Source: Bacteriovoracia bacterium
Lineage (GTDB): Bacteria > Bdellovibrionota > UBA1018 > CAIPTA01
Assembly: GCA_050246755.1 (NCBI GenBank)
Contig: JBFWVL010000001.1
Span: forward strand, 1,216,001 to 1,280,000
Direction of reading: 5' to 3'
DNA: 64,000 nt
The notes beneath the pieces were generated by a model. It ran no database searches. It was not told the DNA's origin and worked only from the letters and a program-made list of their open reading frames with translations. The position numbers were made by a program, and so were the translations under genes. Each line of letters begins with the position of its first letter. The stretch's first letter is position 1. Shown here in pieces: positions 1 through 9,762 of the stretch.

Positions 1-387
1 TCGGCCCCCACCGCTTCCAGCCAAATGATGAAGCAGGCCGTGGCGATCGCGAAAAAACGGCGCCCAGATTTAATTATTGACGGAGAAATGCAAGTCGAAC
101 CCGCGGTGGACGAGAAAATCGCGTCCGAATTCTTCCCCTTCTCCGCTATTCAGGGCGATGCCAACGTGCTAATTTTCCCCAACCTTTCCTCGGCCAATAT
201 CGCCTACAAACTGTTACAACGCCTTGGCGGCGCCGAAGCGATCGGCCCGATCTTGATCGGAATGAATAAGCCCGTGAACGTAATCCCCACCGGGGCCGAC
301 GTGCAAGACGTGGTAAACATCGCCATTTTCACTTCGATCGCCATCCAGAATACCCGCGAACAGCAAGCCCAAATAGGACACTCATGA
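1..387 (+). CDS. maeB: NADP-dependent malic enzyme, C-terminal PTA-like domain (5' partial)
   Basis: Frame is open from base 1. Motifs IDGEMQ, ANVLIFPNLSSANIAYKLL and GPILIGMNKPVNV are present. It lacks the Pta-type DLSRG motif, which favours MaeB over Pta. Confidence 0.75.
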   Translation, partial: SAPTASSQMMKQAVAIAKKRRPDLIIDGEMQVEPAVDEKIASEFFPFSAIQGDANVLIFPNLSSANIAYKLLQRLGGAEAIGPILIGMNKPVNVIPTGADVQDVVNIAIFTSIAIQNTREQQAQIGHS

Positions 388-770
388 AGCAAGTAATCGC
401 CAGTAAGAATGCCCCCGCCGCCATCGGCCCCTACTCACAAGCTATCGCGGTGGAAGGCGCTAAGCGCATGGTGTTTCTTTCCGGGCAAATAGGGCTAGAT
501 CCGACCACCGGCCAGCTCGTTACGGGCGGAATTGATGCCGAAACCAAACAAGTGATGAAAAATATCGAAGCCCTTCTCAAAGAGTGCAACGCCTCTTTTG
601 CCCAGGTAGTGAAGAGCACGATTTTTTTGAAAGATTTTAACGATTTCACCGTCGTGAACCAGATCTACGGGTCCCATTTTCCGAAGGAGCCGCCGGCGCG
701 TTCCACCGTGGAAGTAGCGCGTCTGCCCCGCGATGCCAAGATTGAGATCGAGTGCCTCGTAGCGCTTTAA
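384..770 (+). CDS. ridA: RidA/YjgF family enamine-imine deaminase
   Basis: APAAIGPYSQA, LSGQIGLDP, PPARSTVEVARLP and IEIE motifs. ATGA overlap with the upstream stop. Confidence 0.93.
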   Translation: MKQVIASKNAPAAIGPYSQAIAVEGAKRMVFLSGQIGLDPTTGQLVTGGIDAETKQVMKNIEALLKECNASFAQVVKSTIFLKDFNDFTVVNQIYGSHFPKEPPARSTVEVARLPRDAKIEIECLVAL

Positions 771-872
771 CCTGCTGAAATCAGCGGCATATATTCATTT
801 ACATCCCAAAAGGATTCGCATTTATTTTAGCGAAATACCTGTTATCGTGAGCTCCGGAATACGGGAGAAAAA

Positions 873-1760
873 ATGGTCGTTTTCAAACCAAAGATTTTCG
901 GGATCGTGATCAAACATAACGTGCCTAAGGCTACCAAGCTCGCGCTGGAAGTAGCGGCCTGGCTCGAAAAGAAAAAATGTAAAGTTATCGTGGCCGACGA
1001 AGCCAAATCTTTTATCGAAAAGAAAAAGAGCGTAAAGGCTGTTCCCAAAGAAGAGCTCCCGGCCAATTGCGATATGGTGATCGTATTCGGCGGAGACGGA
1101 ACATTCCTCTCCATCGCTCGCCAGATGATCTGGAAATCTATCCCGATCTTAGGCGTTAACTTGGGCACCCTCGGTTTTCTTACCGAAGTAAAAGTCGACG
1201 AAGTATACGAAACGCTCGAAGGGGTGTTGAAGGGCAAATACAGCGTGCAGGAACGCTCGATGCTCGAAGCCTGCGTAAAACGCGGCGGAAAAGAATTGTT
1301 CTGCCTGCCCGTACTGAACGACGTGGTGATCACCAAAAGCGCGATCGCCCGCGTGATCGATTTCCAGCTTTCTCTGAATGGCGTGCCGGTAGCCCTGCTT
1401 AAGGCAGATGGTTTGATCGCCGCCACTCCCACCGGATCCACGGCTTATTCTCTGGCCGCCGGCGGACCAATCGTGCACCCCCAAGTGGGCGGCATGGTAA
1501 TCGTGGCGATCTGCCCGCATAGCCTGAATGTCCGCCCCCTGGTGATCCCCGAAGACGCCAACGTGGAAGTGGAGTTGATGAAGAAGGACGGGGATATCAT
1601 GCTCACTCTCGATGGCCAGTTCGGCTACGAACTCCACCAAGGCGATAAAATCCTGATCACCAAGTACAAAAGGCACTCTCTGCTCGTGGTACAATCTCCG
1701 CGACGGGATTATTTCGAACTGTTGCGCACTAAGCTATCGCTGGGTTCGCGGAGGGAATAA
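873..1760 (+). CDS. nadK: NAD(+) kinase
   Basis: GGDGT, GVNLGTLGFL, LNDVVI and TPTGSTAYSLAAGGP motifs. Usual position upstream of recN. Confidence 0.96.
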   Translation: MVVFKPKIFGIVIKHNVPKATKLALEVAAWLEKKKCKVIVADEAKSFIEKKKSVKAVPKEELPANCDMVIVFGGDGTFLSIARQMIWKSIPILGVNLGTLGFLTEVKVDEVYETLEGVLKGKYSVQERSMLEACVKRGGKELFCLPVLNDVVITKSAIARVIDFQLSLNGVPVALLKADGLIAATPTGSTAYSLAAGGPIVHPQVGGMVIVAICPHSLNVRPLVIPEDANVEVELMKKDGDIMLTLDGQFGYELHQGDKILITKYKRHSLLVVQSPRRDYFELLRTKLSLGSRRE

Positions 1761-3521
1761 ATGCTTACGAGACTACGCATTCAGAATTTTGCCATTATCG
1801 ATGAAGTGGAAATCGATTTTGGGGCCGGCTTGAATATTATTTCCGGGGAAACCGGGGCGGGAAAATCCATTCTCATGGATGCGCTCGTATTGATCCTCGG
1901 CGGCCGCGCCTCGGCGGATTTGATTCGCCTTGGCACCGACGAGGCCACCGTAGAGGCGCTTTTCGACCTCGGTGAAAGCACGAACCTCAAGGAGGCTCTC
2001 GAGCTTCACGGCATTCCCACCGAGGAAGGCGAACTAATTATCCGCCGTATCGTGCATCGCTCGGGAAAGAACCGAATTTTCGTGAACGGCACCATGGCCA
2101 ATATGGCCACCTTGCAGTCCCTCACCGCCGCCCTCGTAGACCTTTGCTCACAGCACGATCAGCAGTTGATCGCGCGCCCCGAAGAGCAACTTCTCTGGAT
2201 CGACCGATTCGGCGAACTAGAGGGCCAGCGGGCGGAAATAAAAACTCTCCACCAAAAATGGCGGGAGAAGAAAACCGCCCTTGATTCTCTGTCTACCGAT
2301 TCCGTTCAGCGCGCCCAAAAGCTGGATTTCCTGCGCTTTCAAATAGGAGAGCTCGAAGACGCTGAATTAACCTCTCCCTCGGAAGACGAAGAGCTTCAGC
2401 AGGAACTAAAAATCCTGGATAATGCGGAAGCCTTATTCGCGTTCGTATCAGAAGCCGAAGGACTCGTGGGCGGCGGTGAAAGCGCTCCTTCGATGCTCGA
2501 TCAAGTAAACGTATTGCTCATGAAAGTAAAAGCGCTGCAGAATTCCGACCCCAAGCTAGCGGAAGCCACGGAATACCTCGGGGCACTTAAAGTACATGCC
2601 GAAGAGCTTGGTTTTTTCATTCGCCGGTATTCGCAAGGTGTCAGCCGCGACGAAGGCCGTCTCGAAGGCATCAATGCCCGCCTCGCGTTACTGGCTAAGT
2701 TGAAACGGAAATACGGCCCCACTCTGGCTGACGTGTTCACGCAGCTGAGCCATTTCCGCCAGGAAATCTCTCTGCTCGAGAACCACGACTCCTCCCTCGC
2801 CGCCGCTACCGATGCCGCAAGAGAAGCTCTCGCGGATCTACGGAAAGCTTCCGAAAAACTTTCCCAGGCCCGCAACAAAGCCGCCAAGGCATTTGCCTCC
2901 GCCGTGGCCGCCGAGCTAGCCGATCTGCACATGGACCGAGCCCGCTTTCACGTGTCCCTGCAGCGCCTCGAGGAGCCGAACAATACTGGGTTCGACCTCG
3001 CACGTTTTGAAATTGCCGCGAATCCCGGAGAGCCTATGGGCCCCCTCACCAAGGTGGCATCGGGCGGTGAGCTTTCCCGTATCATGCTCGCCATGCACAA
3101 CGTGGTATCTACTCGCGGCGATATCGCTGTTTACCTCTTCGACGAAGTGGATACCGGTATCGGCGGAAAAACTGCGGTGGCGGTTGGGGCAAAACTACAA
3201 AAAGTGGCCGCGCACAATCAGGTAATCTGCATCACCCACCTGCCTCAGGTGGCGGCCTATGCCGATCGCCATTTTCACGTAGAGAAATCGGTGAAGAAGC
3301 GCGAAGGCCAGGAACGTACCGTGGCCACGGTGGTGGCGCTCTCCGCGAATGAGCGTGAGCTAGAGCTGGCCCGCATGCTGGGCGGTAATGATCGCGACAA
3401 AGCCGCCCTGGCGAATGCGAAGGCTATGCTGGATAAAGTGAAGCGCCGGCCCGTGGCCAAAGCCTCCCCGCTAGATAAAAAGCCAAAAGGAAAAGACTCC
3501 GTTTCACTGCGTAAGCACTAA
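1761..3521 (+). CDS. recN: DNA repair protein RecN
   Basis: Walker A GETGAGKS, coiled coil, signature ASGGELSR, Walker B FDEVDTGIGG and QVICITHLPQVA. Confidence 0.96.
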   Translation: MLTRLRIQNFAIIDEVEIDFGAGLNIISGETGAGKSILMDALVLILGGRASADLIRLGTDEATVEALFDLGESTNLKEALELHGIPTEEGELIIRRIVHRSGKNRIFVNGTMANMATLQSLTAALVDLCSQHDQQLIARPEEQLLWIDRFGELEGQRAEIKTLHQKWREKKTALDSLSTDSVQRAQKLDFLRFQIGELEDAELTSPSEDEELQQELKILDNAEALFAFVSEAEGLVGGGESAPSMLDQVNVLLMKVKALQNSDPKLAEATEYLGALKVHAEELGFFIRRYSQGVSRDEGRLEGINARLALLAKLKRKYGPTLADVFTQLSHFRQEISLLENHDSSLAAATDAAREALADLRKASEKLSQARNKAAKAFASAVAAELADLHMDRARFHVSLQRLEEPNNTGFDLARFEIAANPGEPMGPLTKVASGGELSRIMLAMHNVVSTRGDIAVYLFDEVDTGIGGKTAVAVGAKLQKVAAHNQVICITHLPQVAAYADRHFHVEKSVKKREGQERTVATVVALSANERELELARMLGGNDRDKAALANAKAMLDKVKRRPVAKASPLDKKPKGKDSVSLRKH

Positions 3522-3579
3522 GCCAAAATCAAAAAATTTTGAGTCTCTGCATTCGGTAGCACCGGGGTAAGCTTCCTCT

Positions 3580-4779
3580 ATGATTCAGGAAGAATTAGCA
3601 ATCAACGGCGGCCGCCCCGTTCGAGACTCCTACCTAATTTTCGGCAAACCCGATATCCGCGAAGAAGAAATCCAAGAAGTAATCGATTGCTTGCGCTCCG
3701 GATGGGTAGGCACCGGCCCTCGCGTGGCGAAATTCCAGGAAAAAATTAAGAGCTACGTGAATGCCACGCACGCGCTGGCCGTTAATTCCTGCACCGCCGG
3801 CCTGCACCTCTCCATGATCGCGAGTAATCTCGGGCCCGGCGACGAAGTAATCACCACGCCAATGACGTTCGCCGCTACCGCGAACGTGATCGAACACGTG
3901 GGCGCCACCCCGATTTTTGCCGACTGTAAATCGGAAGATATGCTGATCGATCCACACGAGATCGAAAAGAAAATCACTCCCCACACCAAAGCCATCGTGC
4001 CCGTGCACCTGGCCGGACGCTCCTGCGACATGGATCCCATCATGCGGATGGCGAAAGCCCGGGGCCTGAAGGTAATTTCCGATGCCGCCCACGCGCTTGG
4101 ATCGGAGTACAAAGGGAAAAAAATCGGCTCTTTCAGCGATTTCACGGTTTTTAGCTTCTATGCCACCAAGAATTTAGTTACCGCCGAGGGCGGAATGGTT
4201 ACCACCAGCAATGAAGAGGGGCTAGCGAAGCTCGCCACCTATTCCCTTCACGGCATGAGCCGCGATGCCTGGAAGCGCTATAGTGATGCCGGCTTCAAAC
4301 ACTACCTCGTGGAAGCCGCCGGATTTAAATACAACATGACCGATATGCAGGCAGCCATCGGCCTGCGCCAGATGGATCGCTTCGAGGCAATGCAAACGCG
4401 GCGCAAAGAGATTTGGCACCGCTATATGCGGGAACTGCAAGAACTGCCTATCGATCTACCGGCCGTAGAAGATCCCGCGAGCCAGCACAGCTACCATCTA
4501 TTCACGATCTTTCCCCGCCTCGGCGAACTGAAAGCGGATCGAGATACGATTCTCCAGGCCCTGCATAAAGAGAATATCGGTGTAGGCGTGCATTACGTAG
4601 CCCTGCATCTCCATCCGTACTACCAGCAAAAATACGGCTATAAACGTGGCGATTTTCCTAATGCGGAAAATATCTCCGACCGCACGATTTCCATCCCCAT
4701 GGGCAGCAACCTTAGCGATACCGACGTGAGCGACGTTATCTACGCCATCCGTAAGGTGCTCAGCCACTATAAGCGATAA
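3580..4779 (+). CDS. DegT/DnrJ/EryC1/StrS family PLP-dependent sugar aminotransferase
   Basis: NSCTAGLHL, GDEVITTPMTFAAT, DAAHA and SFYATKN (PLP lysine) followed by EGGM. Confidence 0.93.
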   Translation: MIQEELAINGGRPVRDSYLIFGKPDIREEEIQEVIDCLRSGWVGTGPRVAKFQEKIKSYVNATHALAVNSCTAGLHLSMIASNLGPGDEVITTPMTFAATANVIEHVGATPIFADCKSEDMLIDPHEIEKKITPHTKAIVPVHLAGRSCDMDPIMRMAKARGLKVISDAAHALGSEYKGKKIGSFSDFTVFSFYATKNLVTAEGGMVTTSNEEGLAKLATYSLHGMSRDAWKRYSDAGFKHYLVEAAGFKYNMTDMQAAIGLRQMDRFEAMQTRRKEIWHRYMRELQELPIDLPAVEDPASQHSYHLFTIFPRLGELKADRDTILQALHKENIGVGVHYVALHLHPYYQQKYGYKRGDFPNAENISDRTISIPMGSNLSDTDVSDVIYAIRKVLSHYKR

Positions 4780-4826
4780 GAGACCATTTGACGGGCCGGG
4801 GCGCGGGAGTTACGTTCCGTCCCGCC

Positions 4827-5930
4827 ATGAGCAAAGACCTCGCCTATCTTTACGTTCACCTGCCTTTTTGCGAGGTGATTTGCCACTATTGCGATTTCTA
4901 TACGGCGCGCGCCAAGGATGCGCGGCATGAAGATTTTTTTGCGGCACTCACCGCCGAAGCCCAAACCCAGCTACCCAGCTTGGCGCCACGGCTAAAAGCT
5001 ATTTATTTTGGCGGCGGAACCCCGAGCGCTTCTCCACCCGCGCTGATCGAGCGTTTTTTGGATCTATTCCGCGATAGAATTTCAGCCGATACGGAGATAA
5101 CTCTCGAGGCCAATCCCACGAATATAAATGCAACGCTCGTGACTGCCTGGAAAAAAGCCGGCATCACGCGCATTTCGCTCGGGATCCAAAGCCTAGATGA
5201 TTCCATGCTGAAAAAATTAGGGCGCATGCATTCCGGAGAACGGGCAATTTCGGCCCTAAGAATGTGCCTGGCTGAGTTCGAGAACGTGACCGGCGATCTG
5301 ATCTACGGAGTTCCCGGACAGGCGGAAGAGCAGCCCGCCGAACACGCCGGCGTCATGGCCAAACTTGGGTTAAAGCATATTTCCGCCTATAACCTCACGC
5401 TGGAACCCACCCATTTCCTTCACCCGAAGCTTCCCGACGACGCCTTCTCCTGGAAACAGATCCAAAAATTGGCCGAAATTCTCGAGGCGAGGGGATTTCG
5501 TCACTATGAAATTTCCAATTTTGGGATGCCAGGATTTGAATCACGCAACAATAAAAACTATTGGGCCGGGGGAGGGTATTTGGCCCTTGGTCCTTCGGCT
5601 CACGGCTTTGATGGAGCTTTTACCAGGTGGCGTAATGTGGCCGATTGGGAAAAATACATACGCTTGGCGAACCTCGGAGAAAGCGTACGGGAAGAGGTGG
5701 AGGAGCTGACCCTGGAACAGCGAAGGATCGAGACGATCTTTACGTCTTTACGCACCGCAGAGGGTCTGGAAATCGGCAAATTTGCCGAAAAATTTGGGCA
5801 AAACTTGCTCGAAAATCCAGCCATAAAAGAATGCGAAAAAAGTGGCCTCGGAAGAGTGACAAACGGCTCTTTCGTGCTTACTTTCTCGGGGCGAATGCTG
5901 GGAGATGAAATAGCCCGGAAGCTGTTATAA
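4827..5930 (+). CDS. hemW: Radical SAM heme chaperone HemW
   Basis: YVHLPFCEVICHYCDF, FGGGTPS, TLEANP and HYEISNF motifs. Usual position upstream of grpE. Start set at ATG 4827 rather than TTG 4788. Confidence 0.9.
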   Translation: MSKDLAYLYVHLPFCEVICHYCDFYTARAKDARHEDFFAALTAEAQTQLPSLAPRLKAIYFGGGTPSASPPALIERFLDLFRDRISADTEITLEANPTNINATLVTAWKKAGITRISLGIQSLDDSMLKKLGRMHSGERAISALRMCLAEFENVTGDLIYGVPGQAEEQPAEHAGVMAKLGLKHISAYNLTLEPTHFLHPKLPDDAFSWKQIQKLAEILEARGFRHYEISNFGMPGFESRNNKNYWAGGGYLALGPSAHGFDGAFTRWRNVADWEKYIRLANLGESVREEVEELTLEQRRIETIFTSLRTAEGLEIGKFAEKFGQNLLENPAIKECEKSGLGRVTNGSFVLTFSGRMLGDEIARKLL

Positions 5931-5955
5931 CGGATGTCTTTTTATGGTCACTTTT

Positions 5956-5983
5956 CTTGACAGTTTCTAATCCGCCACCATAT
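5956..5983 (+). promoter_or_regulatory. Putative heat-shock (sigma32-like) promoter of grpE-dnaK-dnaJ
   Basis: CTTGAC-N14-CACCATAT resembles the sigma32 consensus CTTGAA-N13-17-CCCCATNT. It also contains TTGACA. Confidence 0.55.
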
Positions 5984-6026
5984 TTCCTAGTAGCAGAGGC
6001 CATACCTTAATTGACGGAAAAACATA

Positions 6027-6602
6027 ATGAATTCAGATGCTTATAAAGAAGAGGCCAAGTCGAATCCGAGCCTAGATGGCCGGGATGAGGAGGCCACCAA
6101 AGAGGCCGGCGGAGATGCCGCGGCCGATGGGGCGGTTTCCGATCCGGTGCAGGAGCTTCAGAGCAAGCTGCAAGATTCGGAAAAGAAATACTTATACCTC
6201 TATTCCGAATTCGAAAACTTTCGCCGCCGCTCGGAGCGTGACCGCATCGATTTTATTAAGTTCGGCCATGAAGGTTTTCTGCGGGAGCTATTGCAGGTGG
6301 TCGATAATTTCGAGCGTGCCCTGGAGCACGCGAAAGGCTTGGCTACCGAAAAGGCTTCACCCGTTAGCCAAGTTACCCAAGGCATCGAAATGATTCATTA
6401 CCAAATGCTGGAGTCGCTAAAGGCTCAGGGCGTAGCTGAGATTCAAGCATTGGGGAAAAAATTTGATCCGGCGCTGCACGAAGCGGTGGGAGAAGAAGCA
6501 GCGGATAGTGAACCGGGCATTATTCTGAAGGTGATGCAGAAGGGCTACCAGCTACACGGAAGATTGCTGCGTGCTGCCCGCGTGATTGTGGCAAAAAGTT
6601 AA
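6027..6602 (+). CDS. grpE: Nucleotide exchange factor GrpE
   Basis: EFENFRRR, LLQVVDNFERAL, FDPALHEA and KGYQLHGRLLRAARV motifs. Confidence 0.96.
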   Translation: MNSDAYKEEAKSNPSLDGRDEEATKEAGGDAAADGAVSDPVQELQSKLQDSEKKYLYLYSEFENFRRRSERDRIDFIKFGHEGFLRELLQVVDNFERALEHAKGLATEKASPVSQVTQGIEMIHYQMLESLKAQGVAEIQALGKKFDPALHEAVGEEAADSEPGIILKVMQKGYQLHGRLLRAARVIVAKS

Positions 6603-6640
6603 TTTTTGATTAGTAAACGTTTTTTGATTAGGAGGAATTT

Positions 6641-8575
6641 ATGGGAAAAATGATTGGAATCGACTTAGGTACTACTAACTCTTGCGTATCGGTGCTTGAG
6701 GGTGGGAGCCCAAAAGTAATCGCCAACTCCGAGGGAGCGAACACCACGCCCTCCGTGGTAGGCTTTACCGAAGGCGGCGAAGTACTCACCGGACAAATCG
6801 CCAAACGCCAAGCGGTTACGAACCCCGATAAGACCATCTTCGAAGCCAAGCGCCTAATTGGCCGCAAGTTCAACTCGAAAGAAGTTCAGGAGTTCATCAA
6901 AGTAGCTCCTTTCAAGATCATCGAGATGAAAAACGGCGACGCCGGAATTGAAGTGAAAGGGAAACAGTATTCTCCTCAGGAAATTTCCGCACATGTGCTC
7001 ATGAAGATGAAAAAGACTGCGGAAGATTATCTCGGCCAGCCGGTAACGGAAGCCGTGGTCACCGTACCCGCTTATTTCGACGACTTGCAGCGCCAGGCCA
7101 CCAAAGACGCCGGACGCATCGCCGGCCTCGACGTGAAGCGTATTATTAACGAACCCACCGCGGCGGCTCTCGCCTACGGCCTCGATAAGAAACGCGACAT
7201 GAAAATCGCCGTATTCGATCTCGGGGGCGGTACCTTCGACGTTTCGATTCTCGAAATCGGCGACGGCGTATTCGAAGTAAAAGCCACCAATGGGGATACC
7301 TTCCTCGGCGGCGGTAACTTCGACCAAAAAATCATCAACTTCCTTGCCGACGAGTTTAAAAAAGAAAACGGCATCGATCTTCGTTCAGATAAAATGGCTC
7401 TCCAGCGCTTGAAAGAAGCCGCCGAAAAAGCCAAGCACGAGCTTTCGAGCTCGGTGGAAACCACCGTGAATCTTCCCTTCATCACCGCGGATGCCACTGG
7501 CCCCAAACACTTAAACGTGAATATCTCACGCTCGAAGTTCGAAGCCCTTGTGGCCGATTTAATACAGGCGCTCGTTAAGCCTTGTGAAATGGCCCTCAAG
7601 GATTCGGGTATCTCTAAGAGCGACATCAACGAGGTAATTCTCGTGGGTGGTATGACTCGCATGCCGAAAGTTCAGGAAAAAGTGCGCGAGATCTTCGGGC
7701 GCGAAGCCTCCAAGGGAGTTAACCCCGACGAAGTAGTAGCCGTGGGCGCTGCGATCCAGGGTGGCGTGCTTCAGGGCGATGTAAAAGACGTTCTCCTTCT
7801 CGACGTGACTCCACTCTCTCTCGGGATCGAAACCTTGGGCGGCGTGTTCACGAAACTCATCGATAAAAACACCACGATTCCGGCCAAGAAGAGCCAAACC
7901 TTCTCGACCGCCGCCGATAACCAGACGGCGGTAACGATCAACGTGCTTCAGGGTGAACGTGAGTTCGCGGCCGATAACCGCCCGCTCGGACGATTCGACC
8001 TCGTGGGTCTTCCTCCTGCTCCCCGCGGTATGCCGCAAGTAGAGGTTACTTTTGATATCGATGCCAACGGGATCGTGAACGTTTCGGCCAAAGATTTGGG
8101 CACCGGAAAAGAACAGAAGATCCAGATCACTCCCAGCTCAGGCCTTTCGGAAGAGGAGATCAAGCGCATGGTTGCCGACGCCGAGAAAAACCGCGGCACC
8201 GACGAAGCCAAGAAGAAATTGGTTACGGCGCGAAACGAACTCGATGGTCTCACTTACTCGGTGGAGAAAACCCTGAAGGAGAACGAAGCGAAGGTAGACG
8301 CGGCTGCCAAGGGTGAAGTAGAAGCCGCCATCGCCGCCGCGAAATCGGCGCTCGAGGGCGAAAGCGCCGACACCATGAAAACCGCTTTGGAAGGATTGCA
8401 GAAGGCCTCCAATAAAATGGCCGAGCAACTCTATAAGCAGACGGCCGATGCGGCTCAGCAAGCAGGCGCTAATGGCCAAGCCGCGAACGGAAACGGCGCA
8501 AACGGCGCGGCCGCTTCCGGCGACAGTAAGAAAGATGGCGACGACGTAATCGACGCTGACTTCAAAGAACTCTAA
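6641..8575 (+). CDS. dnaK: Chaperone DnaK
   Basis: [46 protein letters not shown] and C-terminal [17 protein letters not shown]. Confidence 0.99.
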   Translation: MGKMIGIDLGTTNSCVSVLEGGSPKVIANSEGANTTPSVVGFTEGGEVLTGQIAKRQAVTNPDKTIFEAKRLIGRKFNSKEVQEFIKVAPFKIIEMKNGDAGIEVKGKQYSPQEISAHVLMKMKKTAEDYLGQPVTEAVVTVPAYFDDLQRQATKDAGRIAGLDVKRIINEPTAAALAYGLDKKRDMKIAVFDLGGGTFDVSILEIGDGVFEVKATNGDTFLGGGNFDQKIINFLADEFKKENGIDLRSDKMALQRLKEAAEKAKHELSSSVETTVNLPFITADATGPKHLNVNISRSKFEALVADLIQALVKPCEMALKDSGISKSDINEVILVGGMTRMPKVQEKVREIFGREASKGVNPDEVVAVGAAIQGGVLQGDVKDVLLLDVTPLSLGIETLGGVFTKLIDKNTTIPAKKSQTFSTAADNQTAVTINVLQGEREFAADNRPLGRFDLVGLPPAPRGMPQVEVTFDIDANGIVNVSAKDLGTGKEQKIQITPSSGLSEEEIKRMVADAEKNRGTDEAKKKLVTARNELDGLTYSVEKTLKENEAKVDAAAKGEVEAAIAAAKSALEGESADTMKTALEGLQKASNKMAEQLYKQTADAAQQAGANGQAANGNGANGAAASGDSKKDGDDVIDADFKEL

Positions 8576-8596
8576 TCCGATAACTAAAAAAATAGG

Positions 8597-8630
8597 ACCG
8601 TTAGCCTCCAAGTGGGGCTAACGGTTTTCT
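8597..8630 (+). terminator. Intrinsic terminator/attenuator-like hairpin between dnaK and dnaJ
   Basis: ACCGTTAGCCTC-CAAGT-GGGGCTAACGGT (12-bp stem with one G-U pair) followed by TTTCT, 1 nt before the dnaJ ATG. Confidence 0.7.
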
Positions 8631-8631
8631 T

Positions 8632-9762
8632 ATGGCAACCAAGCGCGACTATTACGAAATTCTGGAAGTTACCAAAACCGTCACGGCCGAGGATTTGAAG
8701 AAAGCCTACCGTAAGAAAGCGGTTCAATTTCATCCCGATAAAAATCCTGGCGATAAGGAGTCGGAAGAAAAGTTCAAGGAGGTCTCTGAGGCCTACGAAG
8801 TGCTTTCGAATCCCGAGAAACGCCGCGCCTACGATCAATTCGGCCACGCCGGAGTGGGTCAAGGAAGCCCGTTCGGTGGAGGGGGTGGCTTCGAGGGCGC
8901 CAACATCAATGATATTTTCGGTGATATCTTCGGCGATATTTTCGGCCAAGGCGGAGGAAGAAGCCGTGGGCGCCGCTCTCGTTCCCATGGGCGTCCCGGG
9001 GAAGATTTAGCTTACGATTTAGAAGTAAAATTTGAAGAGGCGGCATTTGGGAAAACCGAAACCGTCGAAGTATGGCGTGAAACCGCCTGCGGTACTTGCA
9101 GTGGCACCGGCTCTAAATCCGGCAAGGCTCAGTCTTGTGGTACCTGCGGCGGTGCGGGTGAAGTGCACTTCCAGCAAGGATTTTTTAGTGTTTCACGGCC
9201 TTGTCCCGCCTGCCACGGCGAGGGGATCACGATCAAAGATCCCTGCTCAGCATGCCGCGGTCATGGTCGCACCCAAACCAAATCGAAATTGGAAGTCCGC
9301 ATTCCGGGCGGTATCGCCACGGGGCAGCGACTTAAGTTGTCGGGTGAAGGTAATAGTGGAGTGCGTGGCGGAGAAGCGGGCGATCTCTACGTGAGTATTC
9401 AAGTAAAACCCCACCCTATATTCGAGCGCGATGGCGATAACGTGCTCTGCGACATTCCGGTAAGCATTGCGCAGGCCGCGATTGGCGCAGAGCTAGAAGC
9501 CCCCAGCCTCGACGGGAAAGTAAAAGTAAAAATCCCGAGCGGAACGCAAAGCCATCAGACCCTAAGGCTCAAGGGAAAGGGGATTCCCCACCTCGGTGGC
9601 TATGGACGAGGAGATCAACTCTTGCGTATACTTGTGGAAACCCCGACGAAGCTTTCGCAGAAGCAAAAGGATCTCTTGCTGGAGCTCGAAAAGAGCTTCG
9701 GAGTGGAATCCCAGCCGCTCACGAAAACGTTCCTCGGCAAAGTGAAGGATCTCTTTGGATGA
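8632..9762 (+). CDS. dnaJ: Chaperone DnaJ
   Basis: J domain with HPD, G/F region with DIF repeats, four CxxCxGxG motifs. Confidence 0.98.
   Translation: MATKRDYYEILEVTKTVTAEDLKKAYRKKAVQFHPDKNPGDKESEEKFKEVSEAYEVLSNPEKRRAYDQFGHAGVGQGSPFGGGGGFEGANINDIFGDIFGDIFGQGGGRSRGRRSRSHGRPGEDLAYDLEVKFEEAAFGKTETVEVWRETACGTCSGTGSKSGKAQSCGTCGGAGEVHFQQGFFSVSRPCPACHGEGITIKDPCSACRGHGRTQTKSKLEVRIPGGIATGQRLKLSGEGNSGVRGGEAGDLYVSIQVKPHPIFERDGDNVLCDIPVSIAQAAIGAELEAPSLDGKVKVKIPSGTQSHQTLRLKGKGIPHLGGYGRGDQLLRILVETPTKLSQKQKDLLLELEKSFGVESQPLTKTFLGKVKDLFG

Noticed and set aside
8449-8525. Low-complexity ANG/AAQ repeats in dnaK
   Set aside because: Ordinary disordered DnaK C-terminal tail.
8911-8946. 12-bp tandem repeat GATAT(T/C)TTCGG(T/C) x3
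   Set aside because: It encodes the normal DIFG repeats of the DnaJ G/F region; not CRISPR or a VNTR.
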